Below are positions 55,617-64,000 of a stretch of DNA of 64,000 bases, piece after piece. Position 1 is the first letter of the stretch. Every line of letters begins with the position of its first letter. The DNA is from Caecitellus pseudoparvulus. Lineage: Eukaryota > Protista > Bigyra: Bicosoecida. A program made the position numbers and the translations under genes. The notes under the pieces were generated by a model, which was not told the origin of the DNA, did no database searches, and worked only from the letters and a program-made list of their open reading frames with translations. The stretch is from contig CBFFRQ010000061.1 of the NCBI GenBank assembly GCA_965644315.1, positions 79,114 to 143,113 of the forward strand, read 5' to 3'.

Positions 55617-57350
55617 CTAGCTCTTCAACTCTCTCGCGGCACCACTGGGCAGTGCCCACCATGATGGAGCGATACTGAACCCCAGCATACTTGAAGATGG
55701 TGTGGGTGGAAGCTGGCCAAGCGCCAGCTCCAGCACTTGCGTCTTCCATCCCATGGCACTCGGCATACTCCATGAAGGGGGCTGCGCCTCAAGCAAGTCC
55801 TCTACCACCTTTGCCGTTGCTTCTTCCAGCAGGTCACCCCAGACAGTCCCCGGCGCTGTCACATCAAGGGCATGCCACACAGATGCCCGCAATGGCAGAG
55901 CTCGCAGTACAAAGTTATGCAGTGCTACAGCTACACGTAGACGCAGTGCAACTGCTGCTGGCCCAAGGTTTCCATTCGCAGTGTTGTTCAAGATGCGGAA
56001 CCTGTTCTTGAGCTCTCCAAATGCACATTCTACCTTAACTCGAATGTGCAAAAGTGCATCGTGGAAAATTGTCACCAAATGATTCGGCTGCACCACATCA
56101 GTGTCCCGCTGGTCGAACGGAAGAAGTAAGAATGTGTACCCCGGACGAAATCCCGAGTCTGCTGCCAATGTATATGGGAGTGGACAAGGACGTAAGCTTG
56201 GGTTCCCGACCATTGCCGCAAACATGGGAGACCTTATGAGCTTCCCCCGATCGCTTTCGGCACCAGCATACCCAATGTCTGCTTGCCAGAAGAGTCCGTG
56301 GCCACTTACCATGCACTGGGCACTAACCGAAGCCACGCCATCCTTGTTTATGTATACGCCCTTTCCACTATCTTCACTGATGTAAGCACGCACATGTGTA
56401 TCATCCACGCTGCCTGCTACGCACGGCAGCTGCATGCCTGACAGGGCAAAGTTCAATCGTACACTCTCCATCCACTCCCCAGAATCTGGTGCTGGCATGT
56501 ACACCTGCTGTTCAAACATGCTGGATGAGATAGACCGCAAGAAAACCTTTAGGATTCGACTGCATGTGGACTTCGATGCCCCAGTGAACGCTTCTTGTCC
56601 AGCTCTCATGTTGAAACCCTTGCACATATAATGCACTCCAAGGCAACAAGCCTCCAGCCAACTGAAAGTGCATCCTTGGCCGCAGAATGATGAGTCCACA
56701 GCACCCCACCAGTCTGCCACTGATGGCTGTTGCTGCACCATGGGACGCTCGCATGCCCCAAGGCGACTGCAGTGCTCGTGCAGACAGTCTTCCCTGTGGC
56801 GCCGAAGCTGTCTCTGCCAGGTCCTGTGCTCTTGTGAGTCTGGTTCCTCTGCAGGTTCATCACCTGCAAGCTCCACAGCGTGGGCCTCTACTTCCACGGG
56901 TAGGATCGAATGCATGACCCACCTGTACCAGAGTTTTGGTGCAGAAGATTTCATGAACCACACCGATAGAGCTAAAATAGTGTTCACACCAACAGAGCAC
57001 AACTGCTTCATAGTATACTGCAACACCGTATGTGGGGTTGTGCAAACCTCGTGCTCTTCGAGAGGCACTCCATGTTGCCGTGCCACCCACGTCCTCACAC
57101 CGGATGCCAAACCTGCAAGAGGATTGGTGCGGCCACGTGCGCTGGCCCTCACGCCCTCCTCCAGAGCACAGTCTTCATCGAAGCACGGTAGTGGCACGGC
57201 CTGCTCGTGTCCATCTTCATCGGCCATTGCTACCACTGCCAGCAACAGTGCTGCTTCTGTGGCAATAAGTGCTTGGAGCGCTTGCAACCTACGGACATGC
57301 TGCCGCCGGCGCAACAGTAAAAAGGAAACCAGGAATTGCATGCCAGACAT
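55617..57350 (-). CDS. PIF/Harbinger (HARBI1-like, DDE_Tnp_4) transposase
   Basis: HTH-like 'F.GASKSTCSRIL'; catalytic blocks 'AGSVDDTHV', 'YINKDG..S..AQ', 'LAADSGF', 'RVKVECAFGELKNRFRIL', 'VALHNF'. No internal stop codon. Confidence 0.92.
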   Translation of the reverse strand: MSGMQFLVSFLLLRRRQHVRRLQALQALIATEAALLLAVVAMADEDGHEQAVPLPCFDEDCALEEGVRASARGRTNPLAGLASGVRTWVARQHGVPLEEHEVCTTPHTVLQYTMKQLCSVGVNTILALSVWFMKSSAPKLWYRWVMHSILPVEVEAHAVELAGDEPAEEPDSQEHRTWQRQLRRHREDCLHEHCSRLGACERPMVQQQPSVADWWGAVDSSFCGQGCTFSWLEACCLGVHYMCKGFNMRAGQEAFTGASKSTCSRILKVFLRSISSSMFEQQVYMPAPDSGEWMESVRLNFALSGMQLPCVAGSVDDTHVRAYISEDSGKGVYINKDGVASVSAQCMVSGHGLFWQADIGYAGAESDRGKLIRSPMFAAMVGNPSLRPCPLPYTLAADSGFRPGYTFLLLPFDQRDTDVVQPNHLVTIFHDALLHIRVKVECAFGELKNRFRILNNTANGNLGPAAVALRLRVAVALHNFVLRALPLRASVWHALDVTAPGTVWGDLLEEATAKVVEDLLEAQPPSWSMPSAMGWKTQVLELALGQLPPTPSSSMLGFSIAPSWWALPSGAARELKS

Positions 57351-57947
57351 GGTTGTATGATCTGTGCAAGACAATACGGGGAGTCTTTTCTCACAGTGCC
57401 TTGTTCGGCCTGTCTCAACCAAGACTCATTTCGATTTCCGCGAAACTCGCCTTGCGGGAAGTGCAAGCCTTCGAGGTGAAAATTGTGAATTGCAACCCTG
57501 GGACGCTGATCGTTTGATCGGTAGTTCGACACTGTGAAAGACACATGGGGGCTGGAGTGCTGGTTGCGCCGGTGTCGAATGCGGGTTTGTGAGCACCTCG
57601 ATGACGACGCAGGCCCTCTGTTCGTAATCGACAGACAACTCACCCGAATCGAAAGAGGGTGATCACCAAAACGGCCCGATTCCTCGAAATTCGGCCCACA
57701 CTTCATAAAAATTTGCATTGGATCACGAAAGTGTACGAATACGCGCAAGTAGACTGGAACATAAGACAGCAGCCTCCTTTTACAAACGTGGGCAAGCAAA
57801 TTCCGCATCCAGTTTGCATCACAGACCCAACCTTTCAAGCACACTCTGACAAAAATAATGTATGCATTCGTTATTTTATACTCAGTACATTATCACATAC
57901 AACTATCGCCAACATGCCCTCCTGACAAGCTCAAAAACGAACCCCTC

Positions 57948-59526
57948 CTAACCACTCAATGGGACAGGGCCCAGCAGCACAGGCCAGCCGTGCAAGCCAT
58001 GGCCGGTGTGTATGGGCGCAGGCCGGAGCGCTGACGCGGCCATGGCGCCAGGAGGGGGCGCCCCCTGGCCGAACAGTGCCTGTGCTGCCATGGACACTTC
58101 CCGGAAGCCGCGCTGGCAGGCGCAAGAGGCAGGGCAGGGGCCAGCGTGCGGTGTGGCGGTTGCAAGGCGCTCACGCGCGCTGCTGCCGGGTTGGCTGGGA
58201 GGCCGAAAAGCCCAATCCGGGACGCAGGACGGCGCCGTGAGGGCTCGTGAGGGTGGGCCACGTCCCCACATCGGCTTGGGGATGTTCACGGGGGGATCCT
58301 GTGCAGGGCAGGGGGAGCGCTGTGCTGTGCGTGTGAGAGGTGCGGCGGAGCGGGTGGGCTTCCGCACCATGTCGTGAGCCACGACAAGGCCGGTGAGGCG
58401 GCCAGTGGGTGTGAACTCGAAGTACACGTGTAGTTTGGAGGCAAACCAGGCACTTGACCCTCCATCTGTGCGCAGGGCAGGGCGGGCACGAGTGCAGTGC
58501 AGCAAGGCCAGCGCCTTCGAAGTTCTGCTGCAGGTGGGCTGACGATTTCACACACCTTGTGAGAGGCCTGGCGCCCGGGTGCGCTGCACGACGGTGATGC
58601 TGGAGCAGCGCTGTCCCAGTGCCACGATGAATGCGTGGTTTGTGTGGCGCAGCTGGTCCACGTCGATGCCCCCCGGGTCGGCTTCGGCTGGCCTCGGGGC
58701 TGCTGAAGTGCTGGTGGAAGGGACTTGAGCAGACGGGCGCGAAAGGGGCGTTCCAGGCGCCTCGAACCGCTCCAGCGCTGGGCTAGCCTTGGAGAAGGTA
58801 TACTCCATTGCTGGGTTGTGCAGCTGTGGCGGGGGGCGAGGGAGGGGCGGGCATGTGACGTACTATGGCGGTGTGGCGTTTTTGCACACCCAATCGCCTC
58901 ACATTCGCCATCACTCGCCCCGTGACGGGGTGGACGAACAGCTTGGAGCAGGGGAGCGTGGATGACATGACTTCTTGCGTGCTTGCCGCCATCTCTGCAG
59001 CACAGCCAAGCGCAGAGCCCAGGCTTGCGTGTGCCGGGCTGCCAACCCCTCGCATGGCTGCATCAGCCATGACCAACAAATGCGGCGGAATGTGTGCCGT
59101 GAAGAGGTAGGGGCAGGAGCTGCGAGGGAGAGGGCGGGGCACCGCGCAGATCATGCACTTGTCACTGCAGCCCACGTGCAGCGGGCGGCCCTGCACGCAC
59201 AGGGCAAAGGCTGCGAGGCCAGGCTTGGGGCTGCCGTCGGCGTTTCGGGCAGCCAGCACCAGCGGAGAGTGTGCCTCATCCAAATGGCACTCCTCCGGCC
59301 CACGCAAGTGCCCGCTGTCAAAGGACTGCTCGGCTTTCACAAAGTCTGGGCAAGCCTGGCGCAGGTGTGCCATGTACGTGTCTCCCCATGCCTCGGGGGA
59401 CACGGTTGTGGATGAAACATCACGGGGCTGGGCTGCAGCTGACTGGCAGCTCCCAGCCGCCCGGGTGTCTGGCGGCGCCCACGTGGGTGGCTCCACCGAG
59501 GGAGGAAGCGGTGCAGGCCTTGCCAT
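57948..59526 (-). CDS. PAS/PAC-like domain protein, C-terminally truncated by the Harbinger insertion
   Basis: Introns 58824-58902, 58466-58555, 58299-58367 (GT-AG, in frame) give 'HPVTGRVMANLHNPAMEYTF...QDGGSSAWFASKLHVYFEFTPTGRLTGLVVAHD', a PAS/PAC-like pattern. The frame runs 7 codons into the element and stops at 57948-57950. Confidence 0.55.
57955..57971 (-). repeat. Right terminal inverted repeat of the Harbinger element
   Basis: CTCAATGGGACAGGGCC, followed by TSD CAG. Confidence 0.88.
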
Positions 59527-60015
59527 GACTGAAGGGTGTCTGCGGGATGCGAGCGGTGGCACCTCTGTTTGGCGGCTGGGTTTTGAAGCGCAGACTGGAT
59601 CGGCTCAGAGCGGTGCAGTGCACTTCCCACCTCTTCCAACACGTGCCTCGGGAATGTTTGGGAAGGAGTGCGGCACGGCGGGCAAGCTACCCCGCGCTGC
59701 ACAGCTCTTCCACATACTAGTCAATTTGTGTCGAAGGCCGGCCACCCTTTCGCCGCTTTTGTGCGCACTGCTGGCATGTGTGCTGGCTGCGCCAACGTGC
59801 ACTGCTCGGATCCTTGCGCAACCCCCGCGGGCTTCTGCCGCTGCACCACGAGCAAGAAAAGCATCAAACCTTGCCGCACTGCCCCTGTATGAGACCCGAG
59901 ACAGCGGCCATTGGCAGTGCGCTATGCCAGACCCTTGTCACGTCGCCGAAGCTTCCACACCGAGAAAGCCAGCAGGGAGTATACATTCAACAAGGCAGCC
60001 GCGAGCAGGGAGACA

Positions 60016-61839
60016 TTACACCTGCACAGTGGCAGCAGGCGGGCCCAAAGGCGCAGGGAATGGTGCGGGGGACAGGCCATGTCCCAGGGCGTAGCCTGCG
60101 TGAGTGGGCGTGGGGCGCACAGGTCGTCGCCCGCCCACACGCACCGAAGCACCTGGTACAGACACCACCGTCCCCTCAACCTGAGATGTAGCGGCCAGCG
60201 TCACACCAGGCGGCAAGGCTGGCCCGCTGCGGGCCGTGGCGGCGTGCAGGCGCTGCAGCTTCAGGGCAGCACCAGCACTGGCACCCCCCCGCATGCTGCT
60301 GCCGCCATCACCCCCCCCTCGCCCAGCTGCAAGCGCCAGCCCGCCATCATCCTCACCCACTGCACGGGCAGTGTGGGCGAGGGTGTGCAGGTGGCTGGGC
60401 GGGGGCAGAGGCAGCAGGCCCTCTGCCGTGGCTGCAGCCTCCCCTGCAGCGTCGAAGGGGGAGATGGACGCCGACAGCAGCGCCTGGCAAGTGGCACGTG
60501 GGTACAGCGCTCGCAACAGGCTGCCCTCGTCACCAGCTTGGGCTGGGGCGCCGAGGATGGGCAGCGGCTCGTCGCCACTGCCGGCCGTGGCGTCGGCCTG
60601 CAGCGGGGAGGCCGAGGGGGGGGCAGGGTGGATGGGGCGAGGTCGCTTCACCCCTCGCCACTGCGCCCGGTGCCCCCACTGCACTGCGCGCTGCACGTGC
60701 TGTGGCATGGGCAAGTGTCGCAGCGGCCGGGGAGCCTGCCCCGTGTGAAACGTGGCCAGCGTGAGCAGCGGCGGCAGCCCGTGCAGGTCCGTGGCCAGCA
60801 GCTGCACGGAGGTCATGACAGGCATGGTGAAGCCCCGGCCCGTGCAGTAGAAGGCTTCGCTCTGTGCGGCAGCGGCCACGACGCCGGTGGGCTGGGCTTG
60901 CCACGCCAGCAACTGGCTGACAAGGCGCCGCACGACGGCACGGGGACAGAACGAGCCTGGTTTCACAGCCTGTCGCACGTTGCTGGGAATACGCTGGACG
61001 ACGGCCATGTGGCTGGCTGTGGAGGAGCCCGTCGTCGTGGTGCGTGCGCAGTCCAGAGCCGCTGAAACGGGCGCAGCTGTGGAGAGCGTGTCCGGCGATG
61101 AGACGGCAGGCGCCTGGGGCTTCACCCCGCGAGCAGTTTGCAGGGTCGAGTAGCAGGACAAGGCAGCAGGCAGCAGGCCTGTCTGCACCAAGGCAGCCTC
61201 CACATCGCGCCTGGAAAGCTGGAAATCTCGCAGCAAGCAGTCATTGACAACCTGCAAAGCAACGGAAAAGGAGTTCCGAACTCTTCCGGGCATGGGGAGC
61301 GATGCAGCAGCTCCAGGCATGTCACCACGCACCCAGAGGACAGGCAGCAAGCTTTCAGGGTCGTGCACGACTGCAACGCCGCCCACGTCCAAGCAGAGCA
61401 CGGAGACTGCCTGCTCAAAAGCCGCAAGTGCACCCGTGACCAGCGCCGCCGGGTCTGCCGCGCTCTGCTTCAGACCCGGGCTGGTAATACAGCCCTGTGT
61501 CATGTCTGAGACGTCCGAGGGCTGCACTGTGTTGCCAGCGGGCACTGGGAGGTGCCCCGGGCTCCACGAAGAAGCGGCACGCCAGTCACTGTCCACCACC
61601 TGCGCCGCTTCCCCGTCACACGCCAGCAGCGCCGCCAGCCTGCACAAGGTGGCGCGGTCTCTATAGACAAAAGGTTCCGGTAAGCAGATGATTGGGGCGT
61701 CCCAGCCATTGGATCCCTGTTGCTGCTTGGCTGCAGCTGCCGCGAGTGTTGCCCTCCACACCAAGCTGGCTGGCGCAGAGCTGCACGAGTCTGTGTTCGC
61801 CATGCCTGGAGTGGCCCCGGCAGGCACAGGGCAACCCAT
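60016..61839 (-). CDS. Hypothetical protein, possibly a degenerate PAS/PAC fold
   Basis: About 600-codon ORF with globular-looking blocks such as 'FTMPVMTSVQLLATDLHGLPPLLTLATF'. Start and any upstream exons are uncertain. Confidence 0.5.
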   Translation of the reverse strand: MGCPVPAGATPGMANTDSCSSAPASLVWRATLAAAAAKQQQGSNGWDAPIICLPEPFVYRDRATLCRLAALLACDGEAAQVVDSDWRAASSWSPGHLPVPAGNTVQPSDVSDMTQGCITSPGLKQSAADPAALVTGALAAFEQAVSVLCLDVGGVAVVHDPESLLPVLWVRGDMPGAAASLPMPGRVRNSFSVALQVVNDCLLRDFQLSRRDVEAALVQTGLLPAALSCYSTLQTARGVKPQAPAVSSPDTLSTAAPVSAALDCARTTTTGSSTASHMAVVQRIPSNVRQAVKPGSFCPRAVVRRLVSQLLAWQAQPTGVVAAAAQSEAFYCTGRGFTMPVMTSVQLLATDLHGLPPLLTLATFHTGQAPRPLRHLPMPQHVQRAVQWGHRAQWRGVKRPRPIHPAPPSASPLQADATAGSGDEPLPILGAPAQAGDEGSLLRALYPRATCQALLSASISPFDAAGEAAATAEGLLPLPPPSHLHTLAHTARAVGEDDGGLALAAGRGGGDGGSSMRGGASAGAALKLQRLHAATARSGPALPPGVTLAATSQVEGTVVSVPGASVRVGGRRPVRPTPTHAGYALGHGLSPAPFPAPLGPPAATVQV

Positions 61840-61941
61840 AGGCAGGCCCAACAATCAGAAGCCTGGGCAGTGCGCGGTATCTACAGTGCCCGCAGCGGGA
61901 GCTTTGTACGGGGGCGGTTTTGAGCTCTGCCTTGGGATTGC

Positions 61942-63225
61942 TCAGGTTGACGCTGCGGCCACACGCTGCTTCACAAGGCCATGACTGTCCCCGCAGAAGG
62001 GAAGCCAGGCTACAGGGTTCAAGTTGCACTCTATGGCTATTTGATCGGGCGTGTTGGGGTTGTTGCCGTGCAGTGAGGTCATGTGCAGGCGCAGAGGTCG
62101 AGGCGCCTTGGCTTGGCTCTGGTGATCAGGAGCGGTGTCACTTCGGCGCCGCTTGAACCCGCCCACGCGGCCAGGGGGTAACGCCAATGACCTCGGCACG
62201 CATGCGCCTGCTACACCCGGAACGTAGCTGGTGGATGCTGGCTCCCGGCAGGAACTGTGCAGGTTTGTCATGGTGGGCAGGAGTGGGCCAGAGTCTCCTC
62301 CGGCAGTCCACTCCCGGCCCACTTCCAGGCTGCTCTGCGCGCCACTTCCGGCGGCAGGGGGGGCAAGATAGGTCACTGGTGAGTGTTGGGGTAAGCCCAG
62401 ACCGCTGGCGCGTGCTGCTGCATCGGAGGAGGTGTCACTGTGGTCCCCATCCGCGTCGTACGGCGCGCTCGTGGAGTGCATGCCTTGCTCGTCGTCTGAG
62501 CGCACGCCCCCACAGCAAATAAGATTCCATGGGTTTGAGGCGACGATGCCGTGCATCGTGGTCCAGGCGCTCGACCTGCCCTCCGCTGCTGCGAGCGGCA
62601 ACCTGGTGTCCAGGCCGCCAGGCAAAGGTGTTGCTTGCTCGCCGCAGCTGCCTGCAGCTTCTCTTCCCTCTTCCTGCGCACACAAGCTTGAAGAAGTGCA
62701 GAGGAAGTACAAATATACAGTGGGCTGGGCAGACGCACCTTTGGGGAGTGCGCAGATGCGTTTCTTTGCAGTGCAGGCGGGCTTCTCGAGTTGGCGCCAG
62801 TGGGTGGGCTGACCGCTTGGGCCCACCCGCCGAGCGGCACAGCGCACTGGCCCCGATCGCCCGCCGGCAGCGCTTTGGATGGGCTCCTGCAGCAGCGGTG
62901 TGTGTGATGCCTTGAAGTGATTCTTTGGCACCGTGAAAACGGCTGCAAGGCATGCCAAAGGCAGCACGCACCCGACGCTGCACGTTACGCTGGTGGTAGC
63001 CTGCCCGCCATCGCCACTTGTGTGTGTGGGCGGCACCCTGAGCGAAGCGAGCTGAGGAGTGGTACTGCAGGGGGCAGCGGAACAGCACAAGTTCGCATGC
63101 TGGCCCAATGCCTCATCGCCGCCTTCCTGTGCTGTTGAATTGGCTCGGTCTTGGCTCGTGAAGAGGACGGGAAGATGTGCTGCCTTCGAAGCAGCACCAT
63201 CCTTTGCCAACTGCGAAGCTTGCAT
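61942..63225 (-). CDS. Hypothetical low-complexity protein, probably 3 exons
   Basis: ATG at 63225. Two GTGCGT...GCAG introns (about 62887-62971 and 62674-62738) give an in-frame product with NLS-like 'FKRRRS'. No recognisable domain. Confidence 0.4.
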   Translation of the reverse strand: MQASQLAKDGAASKAAHLPVLFTSQDRANSTAQEGGDEALGQHANLCCSAAPCSTTPQLASLRVPPTHTSGDGGQATTSVTCSVGCVLPLACLAAVFTVPKNHFKASHTPLLQEPIQSAAGGRSGPVRCAARRVGPSGQPTHWRQLEKPACTAKKRICALPKGASAQPTVYLYFLCTSSSLCAQEEGREAAGSCGEQATPLPGGLDTRLPLAAAEGRSSAWTTMHGIVASNPWNLICCGGVRSDDEQGMHSTSAPYDADGDHSDTSSDAAARASGLGLPQHSPVTYLAPPAAGSGAQSSLEVGREWTAGGDSGPLLPTMTNLHSSCREPASTSYVPGVAGACVPRSLALPPGRVGGFKRRRSDTAPDHQSQAKAPRPLRLHMTSLHGNNPNTPDQIAIECNLNPVAWLPFCGDSHGLVKQRVAAAST

Positions 63226-63441
63226 TCTTGGAGGTTGGCATCGAGGAGGCCCACATGCGAGGCCAGAAACAATGAAGAGAGCGCGTGGCAGACAGGCTGA
63301 TTTGTCACAGGCGCTCTGCTGCTGGAACCAAGGCCAAGTGGGCCCACTGGCCCGATGCGGTGGTGATGCGGACAACCCGTGGCGGCGAAAAGGCACCGAC
63401 CCCGCCTTGCTAAAACAACATCGCCCGCCAGGAGGCCACCC

Positions 63442-63999
63442 TCACAGCACACCTTCGACCTGCACGTCCCCGCCGACGCTGCCAGAGTCCCCCGCGCTGC
63501 TGGTGTCGCAGTCACGATGGCCCGGCACAGGTGCCTCCCCGCCTAGGTCACCTTCGACATGGCCAAGGGCATCCTGTGCAGCAATGGCAGCGTCATCTAG
63601 GTGTCGAAAGCGTTTGGCGTCCACGGCCTGCTGCTGGCGCGAGTGCGCGGAGGTGCCAAGCATGTGCTGATCCCCACGTGCAGCCGCGTCTGCCTGGCGC
63701 CCGCGCTTGCCTCGCCGCGCCGAGTCAGACTGCTTCCATAAGCCTGCAGCAAAACCTGACATGACCGCTGCCATGGCTGATGCCTGCATGCTGAGGGGGC
63801 CACCATGGGAGGCCGACCGTCGCAAGGGAAGCTCGCTCGCGTTGCCGGATGCCCTGGATGCCACGCCAGAAACGCAGCCACGGGCCGCCTCACGACTGCC
63901 AGTGCTATCGCCAGAGCCACTACTGGCGGCTCGCGAGGATGTCTCTCCGCTTTGGGAGCTGCCGCTGTCGCCGCTGGACAGGCGGAAGGACCACTTCGC
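63442..63999 (-). CDS. 3' end of a gene starting beyond the window
   Basis: Frame is open from 63999 to the stop at 63442 (AKWSFRLSSGDSG...VEGVL*). Confidence 0.4.
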   Translation of the reverse strand, partial: AKWSFRLSSGDSGSSQSGETSSRAASSGSGDSTGSREAARGCVSGVASRASGNASELPLRRSASHGGPLSMQASAMAAVMSGFAAGLWKQSDSARRGKRGRQADAAARGDQHMLGTSAHSRQQQAVDAKRFRHLDDAAIAAQDALGHVEGDLGGEAPVPGHRDCDTSSAGDSGSVGGDVQVEGVL

Positions 64000-64000
64000 G

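Larger units (their letters stand above)
52962..57971. mobile_element. Complete PIF/Harbinger DNA transposon, 5,010 bp
   Basis: 17-bp imperfect TIRs: GGCCGTGTCTCATTGAG (52962-52978) and the reverse complement of 57955-57971, GGCCCTGTCCCATTGAG (15/17 identical). Flanked by a CAG direct repeat (52959-52961, 57972-57974). Contains two convergent genes, one a Harbinger transposase. The interior is visibly lower in GC than the flanks. Confidence 0.92.

Noticed and set aside
52959-57974. Idea that the transposon is spliced out of the host mRNA as an intron (introner-like)
   Set aside because: On the host (minus) strand the element starts GGCC and ends GGCC with a CTG duplication, so there are no GT/AG ends at the boundaries.
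1-64000. tRNA, rRNA, snRNA genes or prokaryote-type systems
   Set aside because: None was recognised by eye. tRNAscan-SE and Infernal runs would be needed to exclude divergent RNA genes.

Overview
Compact, GC-rich, gene-dense eukaryotic nuclear DNA with short GT-AG introns (mostly 60-110 bp; donors GTGCGT/GTGAGT/GTACGT, acceptors GCAG/ACAG). The style resembles a heterotrophic protist such as a bicosoecid/MAST-like stramenopile, but that is inference only. About 23 host genes can be modelled by hand: PKD2/polycystin channel (5'-truncated), class I SAM methyltransferase, ankyrin protein, ankyrin-PH-IQ protein, AGTRAP-like membrane protein, UBXN11, two convergent multi-pass membrane proteins, LRR protein, dyskerin/CBF5, USP14/UBP6, RsmH/METTL15, PROSER3-like protein, secreted nucleoside hydrolase, a 2-TM protein, a C-type-lectin receptor, DDX21/RH7 helicase, an EH-domain protein, CSN1 and several PAS-like or unknown genes. 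The main discovery is a complete 5,010-bp PIF/Harbinger transposon (52962-57971) with 17-bp TIRs, a CAG target duplication, a DDE transposase and a spliced accessory gene. It sits inside the last exon of a minus-strand PAS-like gene whose reading frame is restored when the element is removed. Other notable points: three unusually long introns contain clear stem-loops, including a three-way junction in dyskerin intron 1 and a hairpin masking a would-be poison exon; convergent genes have almost no spacer, and one pair overlaps in coding sequence; and a low-GC EPN-type lectin head is fused to a GC-rich membrane anchor. All exon models are manual and unverified by transcripts.
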